From assembly GCA_002633005.1 (NCBI GenBank), contig NMRA01000076.1, positions 508,590 to 560,840 of the forward strand: DNA of 52,251 nt, written 5' to 3'. This DNA is from Phoronis australis. Its lineage: Eukaryota; Animalia; Phoronida. Position 1 is the stretch's first letter. Each line of letters starts with the position of its first letter. Of this stretch, positions 34,563 to 48,605 are shown one piece after another. The notes beneath the pieces are model-generated. The model searched no databases. It worked only from the letters and a program-made list of their open reading frames with translations, and was not told where the DNA came from. Position numbers and translations under genes: made by a program.

Positions 34563-36060
34563 GATCGTGAATCCAGGCAGAGGGGGTGAAGCAGTTCACT
34601 CCGCTTTAGTTCTAAGCACCCACAGAATCAGGATGCATTCCGATAATTCAATGTTTGATATGCAAAACGAAAACGGAAAAACCGTTTTTCATCAATATCC
34701 CATTTCCCATTGGAAAAACGAAAATTTGTTGAGCACTCCGAGTACAGACTTCTCTTAGCCGGGACAGCGAATAAATGGCAAAAACGGCGCTTTTATTACA
34801 ATCAATTCGTGCCATCATAACGTGAATCTTGCAGAGCTGCTTGGATACAGAAACTTTGTACCGCCCTGCCAGTGGTATTGTCTAACTGATACCGTAGTGA
34901 GCTATTGGCGCCTGGTGCCATTTTGCCGGGGTGCACCGGCAATAAAATGGTCCGCCAGTTTATCTGAGGTGCGTACCCGCCAAAAAGTACCATCCCGGGA
35001 AGGCTTCAAATAAGCCTTTATATCAGAGCCAGTTCTATTTCTGGTGAAATTCTGACCACTTCATTAAGATAACACGGGTTACTGGTCAGTCTACGCTATG
35101 TCAGGTTTTTGGCAGTTTCGATCCCACCTCACTGTCGATCTAGCTTCATATACTCCCGTGTCTCCGAGTTAACAATGGCGCTTGTCAGTATAATGATCTT
35201 TTGTGGTAAGTTGGATGTAGGGCAACACTAATCCAAGCGGAGACTGTCACTGAATGTAAGGCATTATGGCGTCACTGCCATGGTTTATCAAGTCTTAGAT
35301 TTTATTTTTCAATGTCACTTGTGTATTTACGCCTCTTGCTATTTCAAATATGACAAAGGCTCTCACATTTTACACAAAATACTTTGAATAACAATAAGAT
35401 GAGCTATAAATCGTGAAAAGCACCACTAACTACTTTTAAAAGAGCCCCAATTATTCATGTATCCAGAATATAAACCTGTTTATCCGATAATAAATGTGCT
35501 CAACATCGGTGAGGAAACAGTCCAATCATAGTTCCACTGAAGACTTATCGTCAAAGATAAAGAATGGTTTTGAGCATTTCATAATTAATTAATAATTAAT
35601 AATTGCTGTGGAATGACTACATGGCATATTTATGATAGGTTCAACGATAAGATCCTTCGTCGTCACGGTTGACATCACGGTGTACTTGTTAGGAGTCATT
35701 GGATCACGCTATGTAAAATGCCTGTAAAATATGTCTCTTTAGACCACTTAAATTTTGTCATAAGACTTACATCAACATATGCGACGTTCGACGGTCAGAA
35801 CTGTTTCACTCAACTGCCATTTATTTTACGTCAGTTAACAGGAAACACAAAAATAACGTCGGTTGAACTGCAATCCACTAGTGGGCGCTGTTTCTCGATC
35901 ACAGACTGATGACTTTTGTCTTTAACTTTAGCTAAATGTCAGAAATCTAACAAAAACTTGACTTTTTTGTCTTTTGCTTTTTAAAAAAGTTTTGTCTTTA
36001 GTCTATTTGAGCAGACTACGGATTTTTTTGTCTTTTGACTTCGAGTTGCTGACTTTCTGG

Positions 36061-36275
36061 CTTTCAGATAGGTCATATATGTCACTTCTATGAGACTGGA
36101 GAGCTAAGTTTTGTGGCTCTGTGAATTTCACACCATTGATGCATTTCAAAAAATAAGCTTCCGTGATCTTTCAGATAGGTCATATATGTCACTTCTATGA
36201 GACTGGAGAGCTAAGTTTTGTGGCTCAGTGAATTTCACACCATTGATGCTTTTCAAAAAAAATAAGCTTCCGTGA
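36061..36275. repeat. About 107-bp tandem duplication
   Basis: CTTTCAGATAGGTCATATATGTCAC...AAGCTTCCGTGA starting at 36061 and at 36168. Confidence 0.9.
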
Positions 36276-39200
36276 CCCGCCTGAAAGTGTGGGGAATTTC
36301 CGTGAGAGTCAAAAATCCAATATGGCCGCCGTTGGCAATGGTAGCAATAAGCATTTTGATGTTGTAATGGTCTTAACAGTGGTAAATATGCAAACGAGAG
36401 ATTGTGGAGTGAGAAAATTCGAATTAATTTGATTTCCAAATAATGATTTGACCAACAAACAACCTTGAAATCTAAGATGACCGCCAATTTTCAGCTCGCT
36501 AAATTCAAATTTTCAACATCTATTCAAGGTTCATCTAAAAGCTCTTCTCGAGCCGTACAAATTCATACCTGGACTAACCAAATTTCAAAAAAAACATTTG
36601 TTGACATGTATTCGAATACAAATTTTGAATTGATATATGGTATAATTGTCTGATATGAAAAAATGCTACATCTACCAAATATTTTTCATATGTTATATTT
36701 TGAAGCCACCACCATTACCATTGCCGATGAAAGTTACTCTTGAGTGACAATTAAAATGAGATAGAAAAAAAATCTAACAGATTACATAGATCAAACATTT
36801 CAAATTTCTGTATAAATGTATCTGGGGTTCCGGCACATGCGTGTCACAGAGGATATTCTGTATCCATGCACTAATACCTCCACTTGGCCAGTTGCTTGCT
36901 GACAAATTCGCCTACATCATCAACATCGCGAAAATTTTGCATATTCCAACTTGGCCGAGTCCGAGATGACTAAAAAAAGGTAAACGGGGTTTGTTCAGGG
37001 CCTATGCATTGTTTANCTGGTCTTAGCGAGCACAAATCACCCATTAGGGCCGGTGGGAGTGACAAGTGGCAAGCAAAATCCTGAAATTTGTACACAATGA
37101 ATTGGAAAGTAAATAGATTTCAAATTTTTCACCGGGATCTCCGTCCGGATTGCACAGCGGCCGATTTCCAGCAACTGAGTGATAGCCTATTGCTTAGAAT
37201 ACCAACACTGAGCTGACAAAACTTAACTTCAGAAAAAAAAAATTATATGTTGGCGTTTAGCGTAAGTATCAATGAGTTAGGAAAAACTTTAGATATATTG
37301 AGAATTCCATGAGGAGTTTGAGTTTAGGTGGTTCTTAAATAATATTCGGTATTTACGCCTCGTGCGGGGTATGTGTGAGTGCTTTCGTATCTCGTCAAAT
37401 ATTGGAGAGGTACTCGACTGTGTTGTTGAAACAGACCTTGCAAATTTCGACATGCGCATGGGGGGATTCGTGTAACACGAAATACCCGGCGGCCATTTGG
37501 AATTTTGTGAGGCACCACAAGGCCAAGATCGTGGCTGACTTTGAAATGACGGTTCTTCTAAAATTGGTAAAGGTCACAGAATTGGTTGAAATTCGTTTGC
37601 GGATTTTGGTACGGCAATGTTTTTAAAATCGTTTTATGTGCGCAACTGCATTACTTGTCCCTTTAATCGGAAAAGGGTAATCAGTTTGAAATGGCAATCT
37701 GCCAAATAAATATCAGGACAAGTTGTGACTTGTGAATCGGCTGAGCGTTACAATGACACGAAGCTGGGTTTGATGTGGGTCAGTTCGTATCCCGAGCGAA
37801 AATGCAAACATAGCGGGACTCCTGGAAATATTCACTGCCGCCGCGCAGTAAGTAAACACGTTTTGAGCCAGAAAAAGAACACGAATTCATAGTTGGTGAG
37901 TCAGCACAAAATTCTTTGTGTTCGGTGTCTTATTGATGTTCTATTTTTGGATCTGTGAACAGTGTCACTATGTACTCAGATAATACTGAGTACAAAGATT
38001 GGGCCTAAATCAGGCAGTCCTCAGTTGACCGTTTTAGAATGTGAGGTGGCCTGTTTAGTCGGCAAAGTCTCAGTGGTTATTGTTTCTCCGGATTCCGCCG
38101 CAGAACATATACACATCCATTCAAGTTTATCGGTACGCGTCATATCGGATCTCTGCTAAAAAAATTATCATGGTGTTCCTCTCTCCGTAAAAATAACAAA
38201 CGACCGCCAGAATGCACTGAGACGAATATATTGTTATTGCCGCACGGACAGTTCAGTTCATGCAAAGACATTCGTAACCAACTTCAATGAGAACGAACGC
38301 CCGCCTTTTCCCATCTATGTACCGACTAAGATTTATTTAGGGCTTTTATGGACTAAATTGTTACTCGTTTAGTGTCCCCGCATCATGTTTACGCTTCCCA
38401 ATAATGTTAGGGGTACTGACTCTAGTTCGTTTTCTCCGGAATTTCAAGCGGTTGCGATTCCGGAGAAAATGGTTTAATTTTTTAAAGAAATGAATTATTA
38501 GTGAAAGTACATAAGCAATTACGGCTTTTCTTACAGTGGAAACATTAGCGTCACTAATGTTAAGTACATCTCCACGACAGTTGGTCTATTGCGCGAGAAT
38601 AAATTTGGGAAACCTTTAATTACGCAAAGAGTGCTAGTGAATGTTGTTACCACACATGTAACCTTGGCCTTGACCGCGGAAGTAAATCATCCTAGAATAA
38701 CAAGTTTATTTGTTCACGACAGCAGTTTATGTCCCGCTCCAAATCCTAGACGTACTCGGCGTCGAAGGTCAGGGTCGAATATCTTGGCCAAGGTCAGGGC
38801 CAGTTGCGCAACCCCGATCAAGTTCAGGGTCATTGCCAGTAGAAAACAAATTACCATGATTTCATTCGTGTTAGTAAGAGACTTCAGTGTTTCTTCCTAT
38901 ACATGCAGCCAGACAAATACTTGCAAATAAAGGCGTATCAATCACCCATTTGGCCAACCCGTCTGTACATTTTTGTATTGTATTCTTACGTTACGTTATG
39001 ACACGAGTCGGGTGATCTGGTGCTATTTTTTTCAGATATCGTTTTTGGCTTTTTGTATTCGTGTGTTTGTCGTATTAGTTCACTCAGTCGTGCTTGAGAA
39101 ATCACTTATGCTTACTAGTTGCAAGGTCGGTGTTCACTTGCAATTAGCGCTCAGTGCCTTTGCTACGCCAAACACTGAATAATTCTATTGCTTGTAATAA

Positions 39201-40778
39201 CATTTAAACAACGAATTATTATTCTTTTCATTGTTCCTGATTTCATTTTCACTTGCGTTCGCCGCTATATCTCCTAAGCCTCTCGCTGCATAATTATTCA
39301 ATTTAGTAGATGTGTTCATATGACGCTGACCTCGGATGACAAGGACTGCAGGACTGGTCCCTGTGTTCCCTGATGCCTGTGAATCTTTGACGGATTATTA
39401 TCAAAATTTTCAAATATATATTTCCATCGAGACGACGATGACACGTTGCCACTAGAGGACGGATTTGACTGTGGGCCCCATAGTTGCCCATTTTATTATT
39501 TGCAATTCTGTTATAGTGTCCGTCTCCCTACCGGAAGGACCATTATGAAGTTGACAGATGAATTGAAGAGCCCACAACTGACCTTGATTTTCGGACGGGA
39601 ACGGCCACAGCAGCGCCCCTTATGACAATTTTGTGTTTTCTTCGCGTTTCAATGCTTCAATATCTATCAAGTTCTTTGATATCTCTTCCTGAAATTTGGC
39701 ATACGTGTCTTTGCTGGCGAAAGCACGGCTAGTGCTGAAGTTTGGACTGGTGTAACTACTGTGGCGCCCCTAGTGGCTAAATTGCTATTGTGTCTGCCTT
39801 AACATCTCCCAAGTTCCGCGGTTGATCTTCATAGAATTTAACCTAGATGTCAGTCCTAATGTGAATAGCACAACTGGTTTTCATTTTCGAATGAATCTAA
39901 CCTCCGAGGTAATATTTGAAAAATGAGCACCTTTATATCACAACCGTTTTCAAAACACAGTGTAGGTGCCTCTGCGCTACTCTTGTTTTTTACTTGTTTT
40001 TTATCTTATTTCGTTTCAGTACTTTGCTTTTACTTTTTTTTGTGCGGCGATTTTTTGAAGAAGTGAGTTTTCTTAATACGCGACTTTAATTTAAATGTTT
40101 TATGACGAAAGCCTATACTGGCAATTTGAAAAAGCGGAATACGTTGCACGAGTGCTGCCACGCAAAACACCCATGTTGTAATTAACATTCCTTTCATGTG
40201 CGCTAGCATCGTTAAAGCAAAAACTGATGTCATATCTTCCCAATTGATTTGACCTGAGCCACTTGATGGCATCGCCGGATCATTAACCTACGGGGTGAGA
40301 AATTTATCGCTTTTTCTAAGTAAAGTCAAAGGCCACTGTGACGGATCGTTGCATACACTCTGAAACAACATCATACATCCATTTATTTCTATATTTACCG
40401 AAATTCGTTCTGTTTCATGATCTACGATTTCACCCTGTTCTGACTGTTCTCTTTTTACTCGTCACGCACCAGGCCCTAAACTCACTTTGTTATGTGTGTC
40501 ATTGGACTTTTTATAAAGACCCAGGTCACATTTGAATTGCTTTTCTCGTATCAGTTTGTGTAGGCGTGATTTTTCTGAATGGTGATAAGCACATGCTGGC
40601 ACTGCTATGTCCTATTGCACTAAATGGTTTGCAAGCTATTTTTGGCTGAATTACGTACGCTTCACAAAATGTTTTGAATCATTTTCGCGGAATTGAATTG
40701 TAGTTCATAACATCTCTATCATGAATGGCGACTGGGCACTTAAACTAAAGTTCCCGCAAATAAATATATATCGCTACC

Positions 40779-41778
40779 CATAGGCGGATTTAGGGGGGGC
40801 CAGGGGGCCCGGGCCGTGTTCCCCCCCCCCCCCCTTGGCTGCAGCAAAAAATAAAAGAGCAAGAGCGTAGGGAAATGTTGATTTCATTAATTAACCCCGG
40901 TAATTAAAATTATACGGATGAAACAAGATTTAAATGTGTGCACTTTTAGTGTTAGATCCAATTTCAAGTGTCAAACTCGGAACACGGCGCATTCGTAACG
41001 GAACTATGGCTAAGTATAGGCTCTCCCGCGATATCCCATGCGACCGGCAGTGGCGCTGCGCACTACGACTCCGTTTCCGTCGTTTGCTCCACTGTGCAAT
41101 GAAGAAAATTTACTTCATTTTTTAAAGAAAATGGAATCTGAGTGACGATGAAAAAACAGAAGCTGCTGGTAAGATGTGAATTTTAATCGAAGCCTTAGTG
41201 AATCACTCAGAAACTCATAATCCTCTCATTGTCAAACCCTAACTTAAGACGATTTCCAAAGCAATCCCGTCATTATTGCCAACACCAAAAACGGATTTGG
41301 TATTTTGAGCATTTGAAGACTATTTTAGATATAACAAATTTGTTAAGAACCGATTGCACCAAATATAAACCGTGTAATAAGCATTACAAAAAGAAGTACG
41401 TTTCGCGCGCAAACGCTGTGGACTATAAAAAAGTAGTCTCTTATTATCAGATTAGGAGTTAAATCTTGGTGGTGTAGTGGTGAAGCACGCGCGCTCTATC
41501 CGCCAGGTGGTGAGCACGGGTCTGTGGTACTTGCATTTTTTCCTGTTTGACACGTTCTCCATGTTTTTTATACCTTTTTTTATTGGATAATACTTCAGGA
41601 ATCAAGGAAAATGCTTGATTTTTAGAAGAAAAAACAGAAAAATTTCCTGGGCAGGAGGGGGGCAAACCGACCTCTCCCCATTCAGTGCTATGCGCATCTA
41701 CAATCGTGGTTTGCGCGAATGCTTACAGCCGGACAAGATGTTGGGCCCCCCCCTTGTGATATCCTAGATCCGCCACTG
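40779..41778. mobile_element. Non-autonomous hAT-like TIR element with 5-bp TSD
   Basis: TIRs CATAGGCGGATTTAGG and CCTAGATCCGCCACTG, flanked by CTACC on both sides (40774-40778, 41779-41783); G/C-run subtermini. Confidence 0.7.
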
Positions 41779-44639
41779 CTACCTGAAGCCGGGGATGTAC
41801 TAATATAAATCCCGCCCATGAGATCTTATGCAGTGACGAATAAAAGGAATTCAGCTCCTCACATGCAGAAACTTCCTTCCGCGTATACGCGTATGCTACT
41901 TGATGTGAAGTCGCGCCAATAAGCGTAGTAAAGCGTGTGCGTTTACATGCAAAACACTTAAACACAAAACAAGGAACAAGTTTCTAAAATAGATGTGAAT
42001 GCAGTTGGACTTTTCCTCTACAGAACGATAGGCGTGTATTCGTTTTTTTCAATTAAAACTTACTGAGGGGCTTGAATAAAGTGTAATTATTCATTGACTT
42101 TTTAAAAACTTCATTTTTTGCATTGTTGTCTATGCCTACTACAAATCTGTAGAAAAGACTGGAAATCACCGAAATAGTTGCTTCGTTGCAGCCACCTAGA
42201 GAGGCACCTTTGGCAAAATTGTGAAATTTACCTCTATAATTAAATCAATAATTAAAATCTTTTTTTAAATGGATTGATTTCGTTGCACGATGTCAGTTTC
42301 ATGTTCCAAATGCATTAATTAGAGTTCTCGGTTTTCTAGTTTTAGTTGTTACGTCGGTATATGCCAACGCTTTTTTGTCTGGATTTTGAGTGCCTCACAG
42401 TTTAGCGTTTGGCTTCTACACAAAAGTTATAACCGTATTACGTTATTTTTTCAGGATCTATTTTGATGCGCTTCGTGTTTTCTATGGAACAAGAATAAAA
42501 AATCAGGGGGTCACCTACTTAATGTTCGAGCTATTTTTAGTTCAAACAGAGTTACATAATAATGGGCAATTTGACCCCACTACATTTGACTAGATGGGGT
42601 TTAGGCCAAAAAGCATAGCTGGTTTGGGTTTTTTGGACAACGAGTCGGTGGTGCGGTACTTTTTTAGTTGCTCACTTTCTCAGAGGAAATTCAGCGGAGA
42701 CTAGAAAAAGATGCGGGATTTGCTTGTCATTCTTTATTCAAATGTAGTCAATTTCGAATAGCACGGCGCTCAATAGCGGCAGTGGTGCCAGGGCTCGAGA
42801 AGTCCTAAAATGTCCTTTAAAACAGATTTCGTCAACAAAAAGATTCTGTTGCCTTCGGTATAATGTTTGATGAATAGCATTTGGAGCCAATGCCGTGTCG
42901 TCCCGAGAAGACCGCCCAGGAAGTACGAGACTTGATTGTAACGCAGACGATCCGTGGCCATGCGATACTACACTGCTACTTAGCTGTCGTGAAGAAAGTT
43001 TTGAACTGCGTGCACTTTCAAGCCATCACGTGGTGCAGTCAGGGTGCCAATGTACCCAGTGCACTGATTATTTAAAATGATAGTAAAAAATGCGGCTGTC
43101 TCAGATATGCCTGCTAGTGCGTATTGTCCGTATTTCTTACAAATTATCGTACGGAATGCTCTGAATTTTTTATTGAAAAATGCTAATTAATCAGCTTAGT
43201 CTAAGTTCAATATTTAATTTTGTTTTCTTATGCCAAAATTCTCTTTCGTATAATTTACTAGCCTCGCAATATTTAACGGACTCGTAATCGCCTGGCAATG
43301 TTTCTCAGTTAATATTGGTACTTTGCTTCGTAAGCCAATCACAACTTTAACGTTGCTCTCTGACAAAGCGAGTCGGAAAATGGTATTTACACAATGACGA
43401 GACGCCGCCATGCCTGGTCGCACCTTTGGAACTAAATTTCCAACTGAAAGCCGAGAGTTTGTTCTCAAAACTGTGGCGAAAGACGGATTTGCAGAAAGGA
43501 ATGAAATTCTGTGACAGAACAAGTTCTTGGTATGCGTTGTTTCTAGCAACGTGACAACAGAAGCCGTTTGTAGGATGCGACGTGTCACCAGTTCGGACGC
43601 AACAAATCGCCCTTAAGGCTAGTCTCAGATAGACTGTTTTATATATCTGAGCTCTAGTTGACTAACGAAAGTCGAATTAGACCATACTTTTTTAATCTGC
43701 ATCAAAGTTTTCATATAGCGTAAGGACTGTCTTGTATTTTGTTACCAAAAAGATTAAAAAACGCATCGGAAATCGTCGATTTTATTGGGGTAGACAGACA
43801 ACGAAAATAGAAAATAGCGTGAAAAATTAGGCCAGTCACGAGACACGATCACGTCCATGAGTACATGAAAATGATGACCCCAACTCACCTAGTTACCGAG
43901 TCGTGAAGTTTTGATCACGTGACAAGCTTAAAGTACAATCGTGCACTTGCAAATATTGCGGCGTTTTGATTTTTGAGCCGCCGTGATGGTGATAATTTTT
44001 AAACGGTTGGTAGTCAGTACGTGGCTCAACCAAGCTTTTTGGACTTTTTACAAGCAATTACGCATCGCATGGCAAATCATGGCGTTTTAAACTCTGACTA
44101 CGTGCTTTTATGCAGCTTTTCAAAAAGATAACACGAGTCCTTAGCTGAAATGGATAGTTTTTTGGCGACATGTCAACCAAGCTAATAATTCCAGTCAATC
44201 AGATAAACGATAGATTGATATTTTATTTCTGTTCCAAGGACATTGTCGTTTCAGTTTACGGTCGAAAGAGTTATTACTATTGGATGGGATACACATAGAC
44301 TTTTTGAAGTTTTTGCTTTGATCAAAGCTATAAAACAATAAAACTTGTTTTTGAAATTTTATTACAAATCCTCGCTGATGTCAACCATTCATTTGCTCAT
44401 AATATCAAGGCCGATGACTTTCCACATAAAACGCTTAGAACACTGTTATTTTTCAAAGTGCGATTTAGCTCGTCATCACAGCGTTAAATGCGAACGCGAA
44501 GGCTCACGCTTTAAATCGTGCTGGGGCGGATTTCAAAAAATTGCTTTTGTCGCCTAAAATGTCACTTTATGTGAATTAACAGTTTAACGTAAAACTGTGA
44601 ATGGGGGTGGCAGCGTTACCCTCCATCGACACCAACCGA

Positions 44640-45471
44640 TACACTTCGAGAACTGAGAAATACAAATATTTGGGCGTCATGATTGATAATAATTTATCAT
44701 GGGACGAACATGACGAGTATGTGTACAAGAAAATTTCTCAGATGATTGGGTTTTGTCGATCAGGCTACTCTTCAGACTCTGTACAAGAGTCTAATTGTAA
44801 CAGACTCTGATTACTGTGATGCTGAGTGAGGTAATTGTGCGTCATACCTTCAAGATAGACTTAAAAAACAATGAAACAAGGCTGGGAGGCTGATACTCAA
44901 GTATAGTGGCCTTTATAATGACTTTCCTGTTTCTGACCTCCTCGATACACATTTTTGGTGCAGCCTGGTTAGAAGGCGTGTCTTTCATTAAACTTTATGG
45001 TGTACAAAGCCATACATAGCCTCACACATAATTACGGTACCTCACTACTAAATTCAAAGCTGTCAGAGAGTCTCACAATTACAATCCTAGAGCCAGTGTT
45101 TCTGGCTGCCTGGTACCAGATAAACCTAAAAACAACTGCGGCAAAAGAACTTTTCCCTACAGAGGTGCCGTCGCGAACGCGCTCAATGTCCACGTCTTCA
45201 AACAGAAATACTGGGACTTTGTGCGTGGTTCAGGGCTGTACGCCTCAGCTCATTATCATTGTATTCTATTTTTTCTTATTTATTCACCTAACTGTATATG
45301 TCAAATAATTTTTATACTAATTTATTTTATTTATTAGTCTTTTCAATCAAATTGTACATAGCTCTCTGTAATTTACTTCATGTAATTATTTCCTACTGGG
45401 CCCACTTGAAAATCAGTGTATTCACTGAAGGGTTCACCCAGTCTTTTAAAGAAGTTTAAATAAATAAATAA
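44640..45471 (+). mobile_element. L2/CR1-group LINE 3' fragment
   Basis: KYKYLGVMIDNNLSWDEH..KKIS, a degraded DYC..WG-like segment, NKAGRLIL, VYKAIH and GKRTFPYRGA. The 3' UTR ends ...cacccagtc...(TAAA)n. Confidence 0.75.
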
Positions 45472-45756
45472 CACCTCTGGACACCAAAACAGTTTCAAAT
45501 TAAATCAAATTACGTGGAAGTAATTTTTCCCCACTATAATTTATGCTATGAAATATCTTATCGGTATAAATAAGCTTGTCGACGAACATAAGTGCAGTGC
45601 GAACAAATTAATAGTGCTCCCACCTTGGTCTGTTTCAACCGATCAGACATCCGCTGAAGCTTGGCTCGTTTTGATAATGCAGCTCGACATGGCCGAGTTT
45701 GAGTAAAATATGACAACACATGCGGTCATCTGCGCTACTTTATATAACTATTTATT

Positions 45757-45915
45757 CGGCAGTCTGTCTCATGCCCTTGATAATGAGTGTACTGCTCGAA
45801 ACGTGGGAAATATTTTAATATATTTTATTACCGACGCTCGTCGTTTCACTGTATACTACTTTACTCTTCTTAATTAACCTTCGGTAACTGCACGGCATTC
45901 CAACACCTATTTTAT
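45757..45915 (+). repeat. Dispersed copy of the Penelope-type terminal repeat also seen at 17649-17920
   Basis: Shares gctcgaaacgtggg(g/a)atattttaatatatttta(g/t)taccgac(t/g)ctcgtcgttt...gtaact(t/g)cacggcattccaaca. Confidence 0.7.
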
Positions 45916-46198
45916 TTATTTACAACGACACATATTTGAGAGTCTGTTGCCGTTCTATTCTAGCAAAGAACTTGGCCACATTGGGTAAATATGCTAGGCG
46001 TGGTCCATAATCCATTGGCGCGTTTGTCAAATTTTTCTCTTAGTTGGTGAGTTTAGGTCTCAAAATGACTGGGGTACATACCAGAGTCAACGACGGACAC
46101 TGCTTAGATTTTCTGGCCCGTCAAGTGCCACCTTTTGTATCCATTCTGAGCGGCACTGGTCCAGTCGTCGTGGTGTACTATACTACCGTTGAATTNNN

Positions 46199-47834
46199 CC
46201 CCCCCCCCCCCCGTTTCAGCGTTATTGTTTGTAAACATCAAGTAAATCCTTGTGTAATACTGTTTGAGCTAAAATAGACTGACCTATTAGTTTTTCTTAT
46301 TTCATAGAAAACACGATGGTCATCGAAATAAAACACAAGAGAAATATCTAACATCATAACTTTTTGTGTAGTAGTCGGAGGGCTATAATTTGAAGTACTC
46401 ACAATCTAGAAAAAAATTATAGTTTATCATCGCAAGAAAATCGGAAAATTAATTAAAGCCGCTATAACATAAAAGTGACATCGTGCAATGAAATGAATTC
46501 GTTTTAAAAATATTTGATTCATTAATTTAGTTAGAGCTAACTTTTCAGTAACTCATCTAAATTTCACATTTTGTCAGAGGTACCTCCGTTTAGAGGGGTT
46601 GTATCGGAAAAAGAAATTTGTTGACCTCCACATTTTTTGCACATTTGTAGTAGTCAAAGACCAAAGTACAAAATATGAAAATTCAACGCCAATTTCCATT
46701 TATGATTCAAAACTGTACCGCCAACCGGTTAGCCAGTACTAATCGGCCAATTTTTTGACAAGTAAATGACCAAAATCCGATTGTTATCTGCCACATAAGT
46801 GGTAAACATACAAGACGTACTTTAGCCGAACAACGCTGCCGCTTCATGCTGATCGCGTTTACTTCCGTTCGGGTTTTCAGCATACCTGTTACGTTTCAAT
46901 TTAGTTAAAAGCTTCACAATACCTNNNNNNNNNNNNNNNNNNNNNNNNNNNNNNNNNNNNNNNNNNNNNNNNNNNNNNNNNNNNNNNNNNNNNNNNNNNN
47001 NNNNNNNNNNNNNNNNNNNNNNNNNNNNNNNNNNNNNNNNNNNNNNNNNNNNNNNNNNNNNNNNNNNNNNNNNNNNNNNNNNNNNNNNNNNNNNNNNNNN
47101 NNNNNNNNNNNNNCCCCCCCCCCCCCCGTTTCAGCGTTATTGTTTGTAAACATCAAGTAAATCCTTGTGTAATACTGTTTGAGCTAAAATAGACTGGCCT
47201 ATTAGTTTTTCTTATTTCATAGAAAACACGATGGTCATCGAAATAAAACACAAGAGAAATATCTAACACCATAACTTTTTGTGTAGTAGTCGGAGGGCTA
47301 TAATTTGAAGTACTCAGAAAAGAGTTTATAGTTTTATCATCGCAAGAAAATCGGAAAATTAATTAAAGCCGCTATAACATAAAAGTGACATCGTGCAATG
47401 AAATGAATTCGTTTTAAAAATATTTGATTCATTAATTTAGTTAGAGCTGACTTTTCAGTAACTCATTTAAATTTCACATTTTGTCAGAGGTACCTCTGTT
47501 TAGAGGGGTTGTATCGGAAAAAGCAATTTGTTGACCTCCACATTTTTTGCACATTTGTAGTAGTCAAAGACCAAAGTACAAAATATGAAAATTCAACGCC
47601 AATTTCCATTTATGATTCAAAACTGTACCGCCAACCGGTTAGCCAGTACTAATCGGCCAATTTTTTGACAAGTAAATGACAAAAATCCGATTGTTATCTG
47701 CCACATAAGTGGTAAACATACAAGACGTACTTTAGCCGAACAACGCTGCCGCTTCATGCTGATCGCGTTTACTTCCGTTCGGGTTTTCAGCATACCTGTT
47801 ACGTTTCAATTTAGTTAAAAGCTTCACAATACCT
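46199..47834. repeat. About 720-bp sequence duplicated on both sides of an assembly gap (N 46925-47113)
   Basis: 46199-46924 and 47114-47834 are near-identical, and both begin with Ns plus a poly-C run. Confidence 0.9.
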
Positions 47835-48529
47835 ATCACTCATTCAACACAACTCCAAATATTTTAAAACTAACTGAACTATGAAATTTTTAGTTTAATT
47901 TTTATATTTGGTGATTTACTACTACCTGAAATGGTCGCCGTAGTTAGTGACAGCTGACTCATATACTAGGGATACTAATTCAAATGCCGCAGCATGTAAT
48001 GATACTTCCGCGAAAACTCCGCCCACTTTAAAAAATAACAGCAGTTGTAAAATGAGACAAACATAAACAGGGCTGAAAGTAACGAAATGTATATATTTTA
48101 GTGAAATCTTTCGACTAACGAAACTTATCCTGGGTTCTAAATTGGTGAATTTAAAGGACATAGAATCTTCGCCGCTAATTGCCCTCACCCGGACAGCCTC
48201 TAATTTTCCCTCTGCCGGTGGCCACTCTCACGTCCCTTGCGTGCCTTTTCATGTATTATCCCAATGGGTGCTCCGCTTCCCGAATTTTTTCTTTTTGTGT
48301 CCAGAATTTTCCTCAATTTTAGCTCAAATTTGGTTGCCCCCGCCCTCTCGCCTATGACGACTAGTGTAGACGGTTGTGTATGTCAACAAGTTTTTTTTCA
48401 CCGGCATGGCAACTTGTGAAAATGTTTATTCTACAAAAACTGGACACAGATGGCAATTTTCACAAAAGTGAATAACAACAACAACAACAGCAGCAAAAAA
48501 TAATGATTATGGCAATAATAAAAAATAAT

Positions 48530-48530
48530 G

Positions 48531-48602
<72 letters not shown>
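48530..48602. repeat. (TA)n microsatellite
   Basis: About 70 bp of TA repeats with one interruption. Confidence 0.95.

Positions 48603-48605
<3 letters not shown>

Noticed and set aside
38642-39202. Possible solo LTR (TGTTG...TAACA)
   Set aside because: No matching TSD and no second copy in the window.
46199-47834. About 720-bp tandem duplication as a real structural variant
   Set aside because: Both copies start at Ns plus poly-C and flank a gap, so these are most likely overlapping contig ends or two haplotypes.
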